Below, in pieces: positions 36,122 to 45,476 of a DNA stretch of 64,000 nt. A program made the position numbers and the translations under genes. Numbering within the stretch: position 1 is the stretch's first letter; the number at the start of each line of letters is the position of its first letter. Where the stretch lies: NCBI GenBank assembly GCA_029975055.1, contig JARKPU010000055.1, positions 17,251-81,250 on the forward strand, written 5' to 3'. The stretch comes from Anaerolinea sp. (lineage in GTDB: Bacteria; Chloroflexota; Anaerolineae; Anaerolineales; Anaerolineaceae). A model generated the notes under the pieces. The model ran no database searches, was not told the origin of the DNA, and worked only from the letters and a program-made list of their open reading frames with translations.

Positions 36122-36856
36122 ATGACCCTGAACATCTGGATCGTCGAAGACAACCCCGCCCTCAGCCGGGCGCTCAAAGCCGGCCTGGAAGCGACCGGCG
36201 CGGCGGCCGTCTGCGGGCAGTTCGCCCGCGCCGAAGACGCCCTGGCGCAGCTCCCCTCCGGGCCGCCCGAAGCCGTGTTGATGGACGTGCACCTGGCCGG
36301 TGAGTTGAACGGCATCCAGGCGGCGGTGGCGCTGCGCCGCGAATATCCACGCCTGCCGGTGGTGTTCTACTCCATCCAGGACGACGAGGAATACTACCGC
36401 GCTTTCCTGCGTTCGGGCATCCTCAGCCATTACGCATACGTGCGCAAGAGCAATTACCTGCTCCCCGAGAGCATCCTGCCGCTGCTGCGCGAGGCGCGCG
36501 CCGGGGGCAGCTTTATCGACCCGGAGATCGAAGCGCGCGTGGAAGCCGTGCGTCACAAAGACGCCAACGACCCCCTGGCCCTGCTGGAACCCAACGAGCA
36601 GGCCGTGGCGGGGCTGCTGGCGCTCGGCCTGACCAACGAGCAAATTGCCGCGCGCCTGGGCTACCACGACGCGCGCGCCGTCAGCCGCACCAACGGGCAG
36701 ATCTACACCGCCTGGGGCCTGAACAGTTCCACCACCGATGAGAAGGTGGCCCGCACCCGCGCAGCGTTGATCTACACCCGCCGCGAGCTGGTGGTGTGGG
36801 ATGAAGACGGCGTCGCCCGCGTCCTCGTGCCGGACGGGAACTGGAAGGCCCTATAA
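36122..36856 (+). CDS. NarL/LuxR-type response regulator (no kinase in the window)
   Basis: IWIVEDN, AVLMDVHL, GGSFIDPEI, LTNEQIAARLG HTH. Confidence 0.8.
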   Translation: MTLNIWIVEDNPALSRALKAGLEATGAAAVCGQFARAEDALAQLPSGPPEAVLMDVHLAGELNGIQAAVALRREYPRLPVVFYSIQDDEEYYRAFLRSGILSHYAYVRKSNYLLPESILPLLREARAGGSFIDPEIEARVEAVRHKDANDPLALLEPNEQAVAGLLALGLTNEQIAARLGYHDARAVSRTNGQIYTAWGLNSSTTDEKVARTRAALIYTRRELVVWDEDGVARVLVPDGNWKAL

Positions 36857-36857
36857 A

Positions 36858-36891
36858 CCAAAAAGAGGCCGGTTTGCCGGCCCCTTTTTGG
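36858..36891 (+). terminator. Rho-independent terminator
   Basis: AAAAAGAGGCCGG-TTT-GCCGGCCCCTTTTTG. Confidence 0.65.
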
Positions 36892-37033
36892 GACAGCCCG
36901 CGCCAATGCGGCAGGCAGGTGCTCTCCCCGCGAAACCATCCCCGGCTCAGTTTACAGCTTTGCAAGTTCGGCTCCGCCCGTCCCCCAAGCGGCACGATCC
37001 TCTCTATAATGAGCATAGAAGGGTCTGCAAACC

Positions 37034-37393
37034 ATGAGTGAGCCTGCTCCAGATCAAAATCCGCCCCCGACGATGACCGCGCTCAAAGCAGTGATGCTTG
37101 GGCAGTTGATGGTGAACCTGCCGTTGTTCCTCATCGTCCTGATCACCTTTATCCTCTGCGGAACGCTGTTTCCCAACCAGCCGTTCATCGGGCTGGTGGC
37201 TGCGCTGGCGCTGGGCTGGGGCTGGTGGACGCTTGCCACGCGCCGCTGGCGCGCCTGGGCGCTCGCCAGGGGCGTCCCTCCGCGCGAACTCACCCGCATG
37301 GCTTCGTTCACCGGGCTGGCCTCGCCGCGCGATTACTACAACCAGGAACTCGAAGACAAAGAAGAGGACGACGACACGCCCCCTTACAGGTAA
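37034..37393 (+). CDS. Hypothetical two-TM membrane protein with acidic tail
   Basis: GQLMVNLPLF..., WRAWALARG; upstream TATAAT at about 37005. Confidence 0.6.
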   Translation: MSEPAPDQNPPPTMTALKAVMLGQLMVNLPLFLIVLITFILCGTLFPNQPFIGLVAALALGWGWWTLATRRWRAWALARGVPPRELTRMASFTGLASPRDYYNQELEDKEEDDDTPPYR

Positions 37394-37397
37394 GCGC

Positions 37398-38675
37398 ATG
37401 AGACTACCCCAAACCGATCCAAGCAAGCTGGCGCTGCCCGCCGAGAAGATGCAGTGGTGGCGCGACGCCAAGTTCGGCATGTTCCTCCACTGGGGCATTT
37501 ATGCCATCACCGGGCGCGGCGAGTGGGTGATGTGGAACGAGCGCATCCCCTTGCGCGAATATCGCAAGCTGGCCGACCAGTTTGCCCCGCAAAAGTTCAA
37601 CCCGCGCGCCTGGGCCGAGGTGGCCCGCGCAGCGGGGATGAAGTACATGGTGCTCACCGCCAAACACCACGACGGCTTCTGCCTCTTCGACAGCGCAGCG
37701 AGCGACTTCACCAGCGTCAAAACCGCCGCCCGGCGCGATTTCGTCGCCGAGTATGTGCAGGCCTGCCGCGAGGCCGGGCTGGGCGTTGGCCTCTATTACT
37801 CCCCGCTCGACTGGCGCTTCCCGGGCTTCTTCTTCCCCGATCTCTACCGCGAAAGCGCCGAGGAGATGAAGCAGCAGACCTATGCCCAGGTGCGCGAGCT
37901 GCTCAGCAACTATGGCAAGATCGACATCTTCTGGTTCGACGGCGGCGAGGACGACTGGCTGGGCTTCGGCGGCCTCGAGTGGGGCCCGGGCGGCTGGCAT
38001 TCGCGCGATACGCGCTGGCCTCAAGAGAAACACTACCCCGGCAAACCGCTCTGGGAGGCGCACAAACTGGTGGCGATGATGCGCGAGCTGCAGCCCGACG
38101 TGGTGATCAACAACCGCAGCGGCTGGGAGGGCGATTTTCTGACCCCCGAGCGCAAGGTGGGCGCGTTCAATACGCAGCGCGCCTGGGAAACCTGCGATAC
38201 GCTGGCTGAATCCTGGGGGTATATGCCCAACCGCAGGCTGCGTTCGCTGCGCAGCATCATCCACCTGCTCGTCCAGGTGGTCACCGGCGATGGCAACCTG
38301 CTCCTCAACGTGGCCCCCACGCCGGATGGAGAGATCGAGCCGCGCCAGGCGCGCCGGCTGGCCCAGGTGGGCGAGTGGCTGGCTGAATACGGGCAGAGCA
38401 TCTACGCCACGCGCGGCGGGCCGTTCGCCCCGCAGCCCTGGGGGGGCTTCACCTGGCAGGGCAACCGGCTTTACGCGCATGTGATCGACTGGCCCGAAGA
38501 TATGATCGCCATCCCGGCCATGCCGCAGCGCATCCTGCGCGTCCGCTCGCTGACTTCCAACGAGGTGATCCTCGAAAAGCCCAACGGCGAGCTCTTTGTG
38601 CGCGTGCCGCCGGCCGACCGCCAGGCCATCGACACGATCATCGAGATCGAGCTCGAAAGCCCCGTGGAGGGTTAA
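37398..38675 (+). CDS. Alpha-L-fucosidase (GH29)
   Basis: WWRDAKFGMFLHWG, LTAKHHDGF, GLYYSPLDW, WFDG, VVINNR, GNLLLNVAP. Confidence 0.9.
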   Translation: MRLPQTDPSKLALPAEKMQWWRDAKFGMFLHWGIYAITGRGEWVMWNERIPLREYRKLADQFAPQKFNPRAWAEVARAAGMKYMVLTAKHHDGFCLFDSAASDFTSVKTAARRDFVAEYVQACREAGLGVGLYYSPLDWRFPGFFFPDLYRESAEEMKQQTYAQVRELLSNYGKIDIFWFDGGEDDWLGFGGLEWGPGGWHSRDTRWPQEKHYPGKPLWEAHKLVAMMRELQPDVVINNRSGWEGDFLTPERKVGAFNTQRAWETCDTLAESWGYMPNRRLRSLRSIIHLLVQVVTGDGNLLLNVAPTPDGEIEPRQARRLAQVGEWLAEYGQSIYATRGGPFAPQPWGGFTWQGNRLYAHVIDWPEDMIAIPAMPQRILRVRSLTSNEVILEKPNGELFVRVPPADRQAIDTIIEIELESPVEG

Positions 38676-38695
38676 GTTCGGCTGCGCTGCTTATG

Positions 38696-38753
38696 CCCCC
38701 TCTCCCGCCGGGGCACGCATCGCGCACCCATAGGGGTGAGGGCAGGGTGAGGG
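38696..38753. repeat. CCCTCNCC/GGGAGAGGG-type hairpin repeat
   Basis: The reverse complement reads CCCTCACCCTGCCCTCACCCCTATGGG...GGGAGAGGGGG, the same style as 40227, 43740 and 51400. Confidence 0.45.
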
Positions 38754-38855
38754 CTCTTTGCCGGCTTTGAGAAAGCCATGTTCCTGCCCCATGAAATACA
38801 ACCAGGCGAAGGTATTGACGCTACAATAAAGTAACCTTCCCCTGGCAGGAACAGC

Positions 38856-39560
38856 ATGTTCACCCTTTCCGCAAAATATTACGACCTCATCTACAACTTC
38901 AAAGACTACCGCGCCGAGGCCGAGGCGCTGGCGGGCATCCTGCAAACGCAATTGCGCTCGGGCGGCCGCCGCCTGCTGGATGTGGCCTGCGGCAGCGGCC
39001 GCCACCTCGAGTACTTGCAGGCACACTTCAAGGTAGAAGGCCTGGACCTCTCGCCCGAACTGCTCGAGCTGGCCCGCGAGCGCCTGTCGGGCGTGCCCCT
39101 GCACCAGGCCGATATGAGCCGCTTCGACCTCGGCCGCCGTTTCGACGCCATCACCTGCCTGTTCAGCTCCATCGGCTACCTCAAGACGCTCGACGCCGTG
39201 CAGCAGGCCGTGGATTGCTGGGAGCGCCACCTCGCGCCGGGCGGCATGCTGGCCATCGAGCCGTGGTTCACCCCCGAAAACTGGCACCCGAACACGGTCC
39301 ATGCCATGCTCGTCGAGCAGCCAGACCTGGCCATCGCGCGCGTGAACACCAGCTTTCAAGAAGGCCGCCTGTCGTACTTCGACCTGCATTACCTGGTCGC
39401 CACCCCGGAAGGGACGCAGCACTTTGTGGAGCGTCACGAGATGGGCCTCTTCGAGACGCAGGAGCAGCTCGACTGCCTCACCCGCGCCGGCCTGGAGGCC
39501 TGGCATGACCCCACCGGGTTGACCGGGCGCGGCCTGCTGCTGGCGCGCAAGCCGCTCTGA
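38856..39560 (+). CDS. Class I SAM-dependent methyltransferase
   Basis: LLDVACGSG, GLDLSPELL, DMSRFDL, FDAITCLFSSIGY. Confidence 0.9.
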   Translation: MFTLSAKYYDLIYNFKDYRAEAEALAGILQTQLRSGGRRLLDVACGSGRHLEYLQAHFKVEGLDLSPELLELARERLSGVPLHQADMSRFDLGRRFDAITCLFSSIGYLKTLDAVQQAVDCWERHLAPGGMLAIEPWFTPENWHPNTVHAMLVEQPDLAIARVNTSFQEGRLSYFDLHYLVATPEGTQHFVERHEMGLFETQEQLDCLTRAGLEAWHDPTGLTGRGLLLARKPL

Positions 39561-39570
39561 GGGAGTTGCC

Positions 39571-40215
39571 ATGTTCAACGTGTGCTACCGCTGCGGCGCA
39601 TACCGCGCCGATAAAACCATCGAACCGGAAGGCGGAGGCACCGCAGCCTTTGCCGCCTGCCCGGAATGCGGCTTCAGGCATCCCTTCCTCAGACTGCCGC
39701 TCTTCATCATCGGCGGGGCCAGCGGGGCGGGCAAATCGGCGGCCTGCGCGGCCCTGGCGCGGAATTTCGGCGCGGCGGTGGTGCTCGAATCCGACATCCT
39801 CTGGAACGATTTTTACGCCGATCCGCAGCGCTACCCCGAATACTTCAACACCTGGCTGCGCCTGGGCAAGAACATCGCCCAGGCAGGCAAACCCGCGGCG
39901 CTGTGCGGAGCCGGGCTGGGCGTGCCGGGCAACATCGAGCCGTGCGTGGAGCGGCGCTACTTCTCGCAGGTGCATTACCTTGCCCTGGTCTGCGAGGATT
40001 CAGCCCTCGAAGCCCGCCTGCGGGCGCGGCCTGCCTGGCGCGGCTCGGGCGCGGCGGAATGGCTGAAAAGCCAGTTGAGTTTCAACCGCTGGTATCAAGA
40101 GCAGGCCCCGCAGGGCTGCCCGCCCGTGGAGCTGTTCGACACCACCCGCACCACCGTCGAAGCAACCGCCGCCGCCATCGCCGCCTGGATCACCTCCAAA
40201 TTATCGCGGGCCTGA
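39571..40215 (+). CDS. P-loop kinase (AAA_33-like) with N-terminal Zn-ribbon
   Basis: CYRC...CPEC, then IGGASGAGKS Walker A. Confidence 0.75.
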   Translation: MFNVCYRCGAYRADKTIEPEGGGTAAFAACPECGFRHPFLRLPLFIIGGASGAGKSAACAALARNFGAAVVLESDILWNDFYADPQRYPEYFNTWLRLGKNIAQAGKPAALCGAGLGVPGNIEPCVERRYFSQVHYLALVCEDSALEARLRARPAWRGSGAAEWLKSQLSFNRWYQEQAPQGCPPVELFDTTRTTVEATAAAIAAWITSKLSRA

Positions 40216-40226
40216 TGCCCGCGTTC

Positions 40227-40314
40227 ACCCCCTCCCAAACCCTCCCCCAAGATCGACGCGATCTTGGGGGACACCCGGGGTGCGCCCGCAGGGGCGGGGC
40301 TACGGGTGGGGGTC
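40227..40314. repeat. CCCTCCCCCAAG hairpin repeat interrupted by the GGGTGCGCCC mini-module
   Basis: CCCTCCCCCAAGATCG-ACG-CGATCTTGGGGGA|CACCCGGGGTGCGCCCGCA|GGG...GGGTGGGGGTC; the uninterrupted form is at 43757-43803. Confidence 0.7.
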
Positions 40315-40346
40315 GGGCCTGGGGTAAGCTCCCCGCACCATTCCCA

Positions 40347-40375
40347 TTGACCTGTACCTGAATCCATACTACGAT
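40347..40375 (+). promoter_or_regulatory. Sigma70-type promoter for the DUF5107 gene
   Basis: TTGACC-17 nt-TACGAT. Confidence 0.5.
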
Positions 40376-40420
40376 TCACCTGCTCGCCGGCTCAGTCCAC
40401 CCCTCGTGAGGTAAACAGGC

Positions 40421-43400
40421 ATGTCCCCAACCCCCAATCCCGTCCAGGCGCGGGTAGAGCGGATGACCATTCCCACCTACCCGGCCCTCGAACCCGACCC
40501 CAACCCGATGTTCTTCGAATCGCGCAACATCCAGGGCAGCAAAGGCAACATCTACCCCCACCCCTATATTGACCGCCTCTCCTCCGAGAAGGTCGAGCGC
40601 GATTACACCGCCGTGGTGCTCGAAAACGAATACCTGCAGATGATCCTGCTGCCGGAGATCGGCGGGCGCATCTTCGCCGGGCTGGATAAAACCAACGGCT
40701 ACGACTTCTTCTACCGCCACAAGGTGATCAAACCCGCCCTCATCGGCCTCTTTGGCCCGTGGATTTCCGGCGGAGTCGAGTTCAACTGGCCGCAGCACCA
40801 CCGCCCCTCCACCTTCGACCCAACCCATTTCAGCATCGAAGAGGGCGCCGATGGCTCGCGGACCGTCTGGATGAGCGAGCATGACCCGCTCAACCGCACC
40901 AAAGGCATGGTGGGGGTCACGCTCTACCCCGGCAAAGCGTTCGTCGAGACCAAAGTGCGCCTCTACAACCGCACGTCCTTCCCGCAGACTTTCCTCTGGT
41001 GGGCCAATGCGGGTGTGCACATCAACGAGAAATACCAGGTCATCTTCCCGCCCGATGTGCATTATGCCGTTTATCACACCAAGAACCCGGTGACGGAATA
41101 CCCCATCTCGAAGGGCGGTTTTGGCCGCGATGAAGAGAACGGCGAGGGCGTGGATGTGAGCTGGTGGGCCAACTCGCCCAACGCCACCTCGTTCTTTGCC
41201 GCCCCCTCGCGCTACGAGTTCTTCGGCGGCTACGACCACGCCGTTCGCGCCGGGGTGGTGCACGTGGCCGACGCGGGCATCTCGCCGGGCAAGAAGTTCT
41301 TCACCTGGGGCAACGGGCCATTCGGCCACACCTGGCAGAAGAACCTGATGGACGACACCGGCGAATACCTCGAGCTGATGGCGGGCGTCTACACCGATAA
41401 CCAGCCGGATTTCTCCTGGATCATGCCGCACGAGACGCGCACCTTCAGCCAGTTCTGGTTCCCGGTTCAGGAGATCGGCCCGATGAAGAACGCCAACCTG
41501 CGCGCGGCCGTCAACCTGGAAGTACGGGGCGGGCAGGCTTTCGTTGGGGTCTATGCCACCGAACCCACCCCCGGCGCGCGCGTCAGCCTCTCGGCGCGCG
41601 GGCTCACCTTGCTCGAGCGTGCGCTCGACCTGGCCCCCGGCAAGCCCTTCACCCACGAAGTACCGCTGCCCGCCGGCCTGCCCGAGACCGACCTGCTCCT
41701 GCGCGTAGAGGACGCCTCCGGCGCGGAGATCATCCGCTACCAGCCCGAAGGCCCGTGGGACGGGAAAATCGCCGAGCCTTACAAGGCCCCGCCTGCCCCG
41801 CAGGATACCGTCGAGATCGAGCAGCTGTTCTTGATCGGCCTGCACCTCGAGCAGTACCGCCACCCCACCCTCTCGCCCGAGCCCTACTGGCAGGAAGCCC
41901 TGCGCCGCGACCCCGGCGATGCGCGCTGCAACCTGGCCCTCGGCAAGGCCGCCCTGCGCCGCGGGCTGTTTGCTCAGGCCGAAGAGCACTTCCGGGCCGC
42001 CGTTCGGCGCCTGACCGCCTGGAACTTCAACCCCTACGACGGTGAAGCCCATTACAACCTGGGCCTGGCCCTGCAATACCAGGGCCGGCTGGATGAAGCC
42101 TACCCGGCGTTCTACAAGGCCGTCTGGAATTACGCCTGGCAGTCGGCGGGCTACTTCGCCCTTGCGCAGATCGACATCACCCGCGGAGACTTCGCCAAAG
42201 CCCTCGATCACCTCGAGCGCTCGCTGGCGGTCAACCGGTACAGCAGCCGGGCGCGCCTGCTCAAAACCGCCCTCCTGCGCCGCGCCGGGCGGCTGGATTC
42301 TGCCGAAGCGCTGGCCGCCGAGAGCGCCGCGCTGGATATGCATGATTACGGCGCGCACTTCGAACTGGCCCTGTTGGCCGGGGCGCGCGGCGACCCATCC
42401 GCGCAGGAGGCGCGCCTGGCCGCGCTCAAAAGCCTGCTGGGCGGCGATGTGCAAACCGCCCTCGACCTGGCCTTCGATTACGCTTCATCCGGCCTCTATG
42501 CTGAAGCGCAGCGCCTGCTGGGGCTGTTTACCCAGGCCGGGCCGCTCTACCCGATGACGGCCTACCTGCTGGCCTGGCTGGCCCGCCGCCTTGGCGCAGA
42601 CGAGCAGGCCCGCGTCTGGTCCGAGAAGGCCGCGCAGGCCGATGCGGCGTATTGCTTCCCCTGGCGGCTGGAAGAAATGCTCGTCTTGCAGGAAGCGCTC
42701 GCGCACTCCCCCGCCGATGCCCGCGCCGCCTACTACCTGGGCAACCTGCTCTACGACCGGCGCCGCTGTGCCGAGGCGGTGGAGCTTTGGAAAAAAGCCG
42801 CCGCGCTCGAACCGGGCTTTTCGATCCCCTGGCGCAACCTGGGCCTGGCCGCCTACAACCAGGAGAAAGACCTCGACTCCGCGCTCGAATATTACCGCAA
42901 GGCCATCGCCGCCAACCCCGCCGACCCGCGCCTGTTGGTCGAGTATGATCACCTCTTGCAGCGCAAGGCCGTTTTGCCCGAAGAGCGCCTGGCCCTGCTG
43001 GAGGGCAGCCTGCCCGTGGTGGAGCTGCGCGACGACCTGACCATCCACCTGATGAGCCTGTACAACCGCACCGGCCGGCCCGAAAAGGCGCTCGCTATTG
43101 CCCTCGCGCGCAAGTTCCACGCCTGGGAGGGCGGCGAAGGCTCGGTGGCCGGGCAGTACATCAACGCCCACTGGCTGCTCGGGCGGCAGGCCCTCGAAGC
43201 AGGCGACGCGCCCCGCGCGCTCGAGCATTTCGAGGCCGGGCTGACCTTCCCGGAGAACCTGGGCGAGCATCCCTGGGAGGGCCTCTATGCCCCGCTGGTC
43301 TATTGCAAGGGCCTGGCGCTGGCAAAACTCGGGCGGCAGGAGGAAGCCCGCGCGGCCTTCGAGCACGCCGCGCGCATCCGCGGCTGGTTCTCGGCCCCGG

Positions 43401-43714
43401 CGGTGACGAACGCGCTGGCGAAAATCCAGCTCGGCCAGGTGGAAGAAGGCCATGCCGCGCTGCTCGAGGTTCGCCGCAAAGCCGAGGAGGAGGCCCGCAA
43501 GCCCTTCGAATGGAATTACTTCTACTCCGGCAACCCCAGCCCCACCTTCGAAGAAGACCACCAGGAACTTAAACGCCTGAACTGCCTGCTCACCGCCGGG
43601 CTGGCATCGGCGGCGCTGGGTGACGTGCCTGCTGCGCGCAGCGCACTCGGGCAAGTGCTCGCCGCCGATCCCTCCAACCTGGCCGCCTGGGAGGAATACC
43701 GGCGCCTCCCGTAA
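40421..43714 (+). CDS. DUF5107 domain plus C-terminal TPR array protein
   Basis: VVLENEYLQMILLPEIGGRI, WISGGVEFNWPQHHRP, KKFFTWG, ELMAGVYTDNQPDF, then many TPRs. Confidence 0.8.
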   Translation: MSPTPNPVQARVERMTIPTYPALEPDPNPMFFESRNIQGSKGNIYPHPYIDRLSSEKVERDYTAVVLENEYLQMILLPEIGGRIFAGLDKTNGYDFFYRHKVIKPALIGLFGPWISGGVEFNWPQHHRPSTFDPTHFSIEEGADGSRTVWMSEHDPLNRTKGMVGVTLYPGKAFVETKVRLYNRTSFPQTFLWWANAGVHINEKYQVIFPPDVHYAVYHTKNPVTEYPISKGGFGRDEENGEGVDVSWWANSPNATSFFAAPSRYEFFGGYDHAVRAGVVHVADAGISPGKKFFTWGNGPFGHTWQKNLMDDTGEYLELMAGVYTDNQPDFSWIMPHETRTFSQFWFPVQEIGPMKNANLRAAVNLEVRGGQAFVGVYATEPTPGARVSLSARGLTLLERALDLAPGKPFTHEVPLPAGLPETDLLLRVEDASGAEIIRYQPEGPWDGKIAEPYKAPPAPQDTVEIEQLFLIGLHLEQYRHPTLSPEPYWQEALRRDPGDARCNLALGKAALRRGLFAQAEEHFRAAVRRLTAWNFNPYDGEAHYNLGLALQYQGRLDEAYPAFYKAVWNYAWQSAGYFALAQIDITRGDFAKALDHLERSLAVNRYSSRARLLKTALLRRAGRLDSAEALAAESAALDMHDYGAHFELALLAGARGDPSAQEARLAALKSLLGGDVQTALDLAFDYASSGLYAEAQRLLGLFTQAGPLYPMTAYLLAWLARRLGADEQARVWSEKAAQADAAYCFPWRLEEMLVLQEALAHSPADARAAYYLGNLLYDRRRCAEAVELWKKAAALEPGFSIPWRNLGLAAYNQEKDLDSALEYYRKAIAANPADPRLLVEYDHLLQRKAVLPEERLALLEGSLPVVELRDDLTIHLMSLYNRTGRPEKALAIALARKFHAWEGGEGSVAGQYINAHWLLGRQALEAGDAPRALEHFEAGLTFPENLGEHPWEGLYAPLVYCKGLALAKLGRQEEARAAFEHAARIRGWFSAPAVTNALAKIQLGQVEEGHAALLEVRRKAEEEARKPFEWNYFYSGNPSPTFEEDHQELKRLNCLLTAGLASAALGDVPAARSALGQVLAADPSNLAAWEEYRRLP

Positions 43715-43725
43715 GATTCCCAAAA

Positions 43726-44005
43726 ACCTCCCGGTAGCCCTGCCCCCTCCCTTAACCCTCCCCCAAGAACGCGGCGATCTTGGGGGAGGGTTTGGGTGGG
43801 GGTCAAAACGCGGTGAAATTGGGCGCGGCTCCACGCGAGGGGATATGCCTTTCGGATCACCTCCCGGTAGGGTGCGCTCGATTTGATGAGCGCACCATCT
43901 TTCATGCCCAGGCCGGTTCAGTCCTGCCCCCTCCCTTAGGGTTTGGGTGGGGGTCAAAACGCGTCGATTCTTAGCGCGGCTCCACGCGAGGGGGTATGCC
44001 TCTCG
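43726..44005. repeat. Two tandem composite repeat units, the second carrying a GTAG-REP insert
   Basis: Both units begin ACCTCCCGGTAG (43726, 43859) and share CTGCCCCCTCCCTTA...GGGTTTGGGTGGGGGTCAAAACGCG...GCGCGGCTCCACGCGAGGGG; REP at 43867-43896. Confidence 0.8.
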
Positions 44006-44054
44006 GGCGATTCAGGTATACTAACTACTGGATGTACCTCACCCGTTCAGGAGA

Positions 44055-45476
44055 ATGACCATGCCGGAATGGAACCTGCCTGAGGAGCGTTGCTTCGACC
44101 CCGACCCCGCCACCCGGCGCACTGCGCTGTTTCTCTACGAAGCCATCGCCGGCCTGCCGATCGTCAGCCCGCACGGCCACGTGGACGCCCGCCTGTTCGC
44201 CGATCCCGCCGCGTCTTTTGGCTCTCCGGCCGACCTGTTGATCATCCCCGACCATTACGTCTTCCGCCTGCTCCACTCGCAGGGCGTGCCCCTCGAAGAC
44301 CTGGGCATCGCGCGGCTGGATGGCGGCCCCGTGGAGCGCGACCATCGCAAGATCTGGCAGCGTTTCGCCGAGAATTTCCACCTCTTTCGCGGCACGCCCT
44401 CGGGCCTGTGGCTGGCTTATGAGTTCAAATACGTGCTTGGCATCCATGAGCAGCCCGATGCCGAGAACGCCTCCCGGCTGTATGACCAGGTGGCCGAACG
44501 CCTGGCCTCGCCCGAGTTCCGCCCGCGCGCCGTCTTCGAGCGCTTCAACATCGAGGTGCTTGCCACCACCGACCCGCCCGCCGACCCGCTGGCAGCACAC
44601 GCTGCCCTGCGCGCCTCGGGCTGGCCGGGCCGGGTGATCCCCACCTTTCGCCCCGATGCGCTCTTCAACCTCTCCGACCCCGGCTGGCGCGAGCAGATCG
44701 AAGCCCTCAGCCAGGCCAGCGGCATCGCCGTGCACGATTACCCCTCCTTCCTCGCCGCGCTCGAGAACCGCCGCGCTTACTTCAGGCAGATGGGCGCCAC
44801 CGCCACCGACCAGGGTCTCTTCGAGCTGGAGGTGGAGCCGCTGGATGAGACCGACGCCAAAGTGATCTTCCGCCGCGCGCTGGACGGCATCGCCAACCCG
44901 GACGATGCGGTTCAATTCGCCGCCCACATGCTGCTGGAGATGGCGCGCATGTCTTGCGCCGACGGGCTGGTGATGCAAATTCACCCCGGTTCGCTGCGCA
45001 ACCACAACCCGGCGGTGTTCGAGCGCTTCGGGCGCGATAAGGGCTACGATATCCCCGTCCGCGCCGAGTTCACGCGCTCGCTTCGCCCTCTGCTGAGCCG
45101 CTTCGGCGAAGACCCGCGCCTGCGGCTGATCCTCTTCACCCTCGATGAAACCACCTACGCGCGCGAGCTGGCCCCCCTGGCCGGGGTTTACCCGGCGGTG
45201 CGCCTCGGGCCGCCCTGGTGGTTCCACGACTCGTGGAACGGCATGCGCCGTTACTTCGACCAGGTGATGGAAACCGCCGGAATCTACAACACCGCCGGCT
45301 TCAACGACGACACGCGCGCCTTCCTCTCCATCCCGGCCCGGCACGACCTGTGGCGGCGCGCCGGCGCCAACTGGCTGGCCGGGCTGGTGGCGCGCGGCAT
45401 GCTTGGCCGCGACGAGGCCGCCGATATGGCCGTGGAACTGGCCTACCGCCTGCCCAAGAAGGCCTATAACCTCTGA
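44055..45476 (+). CDS. uxaC: Glucuronate/galacturonate (uronate) isomerase
   Basis: IVSPHGHVD, IIPDHY, MQIHPG, LGPPWWFHDS, AGFNDDTRAF. Confidence 0.92.
   Translation: MTMPEWNLPEERCFDPDPATRRTALFLYEAIAGLPIVSPHGHVDARLFADPAASFGSPADLLIIPDHYVFRLLHSQGVPLEDLGIARLDGGPVERDHRKIWQRFAENFHLFRGTPSGLWLAYEFKYVLGIHEQPDAENASRLYDQVAERLASPEFRPRAVFERFNIEVLATTDPPADPLAAHAALRASGWPGRVIPTFRPDALFNLSDPGWREQIEALSQASGIAVHDYPSFLAALENRRAYFRQMGATATDQGLFELEVEPLDETDAKVIFRRALDGIANPDDAVQFAAHMLLEMARMSCADGLVMQIHPGSLRNHNPAVFERFGRDKGYDIPVRAEFTRSLRPLLSRFGEDPRLRLILFTLDETTYARELAPLAGVYPAVRLGPPWWFHDSWNGMRRYFDQVMETAGIYNTAGFNDDTRAFLSIPARHDLWRRAGANWLAGLVARGMLGRDEAADMAVELAYRLPKKAYNL

Noticed and set aside
39571-40215. Candidate for the missing gluconokinase of the hexuronate route
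   Set aside because: It has a P-loop but also an N-terminal Zn-ribbon that GntK lacks, and it is coupled to a methyltransferase in a separate transcription unit; only an assay could rescue the idea
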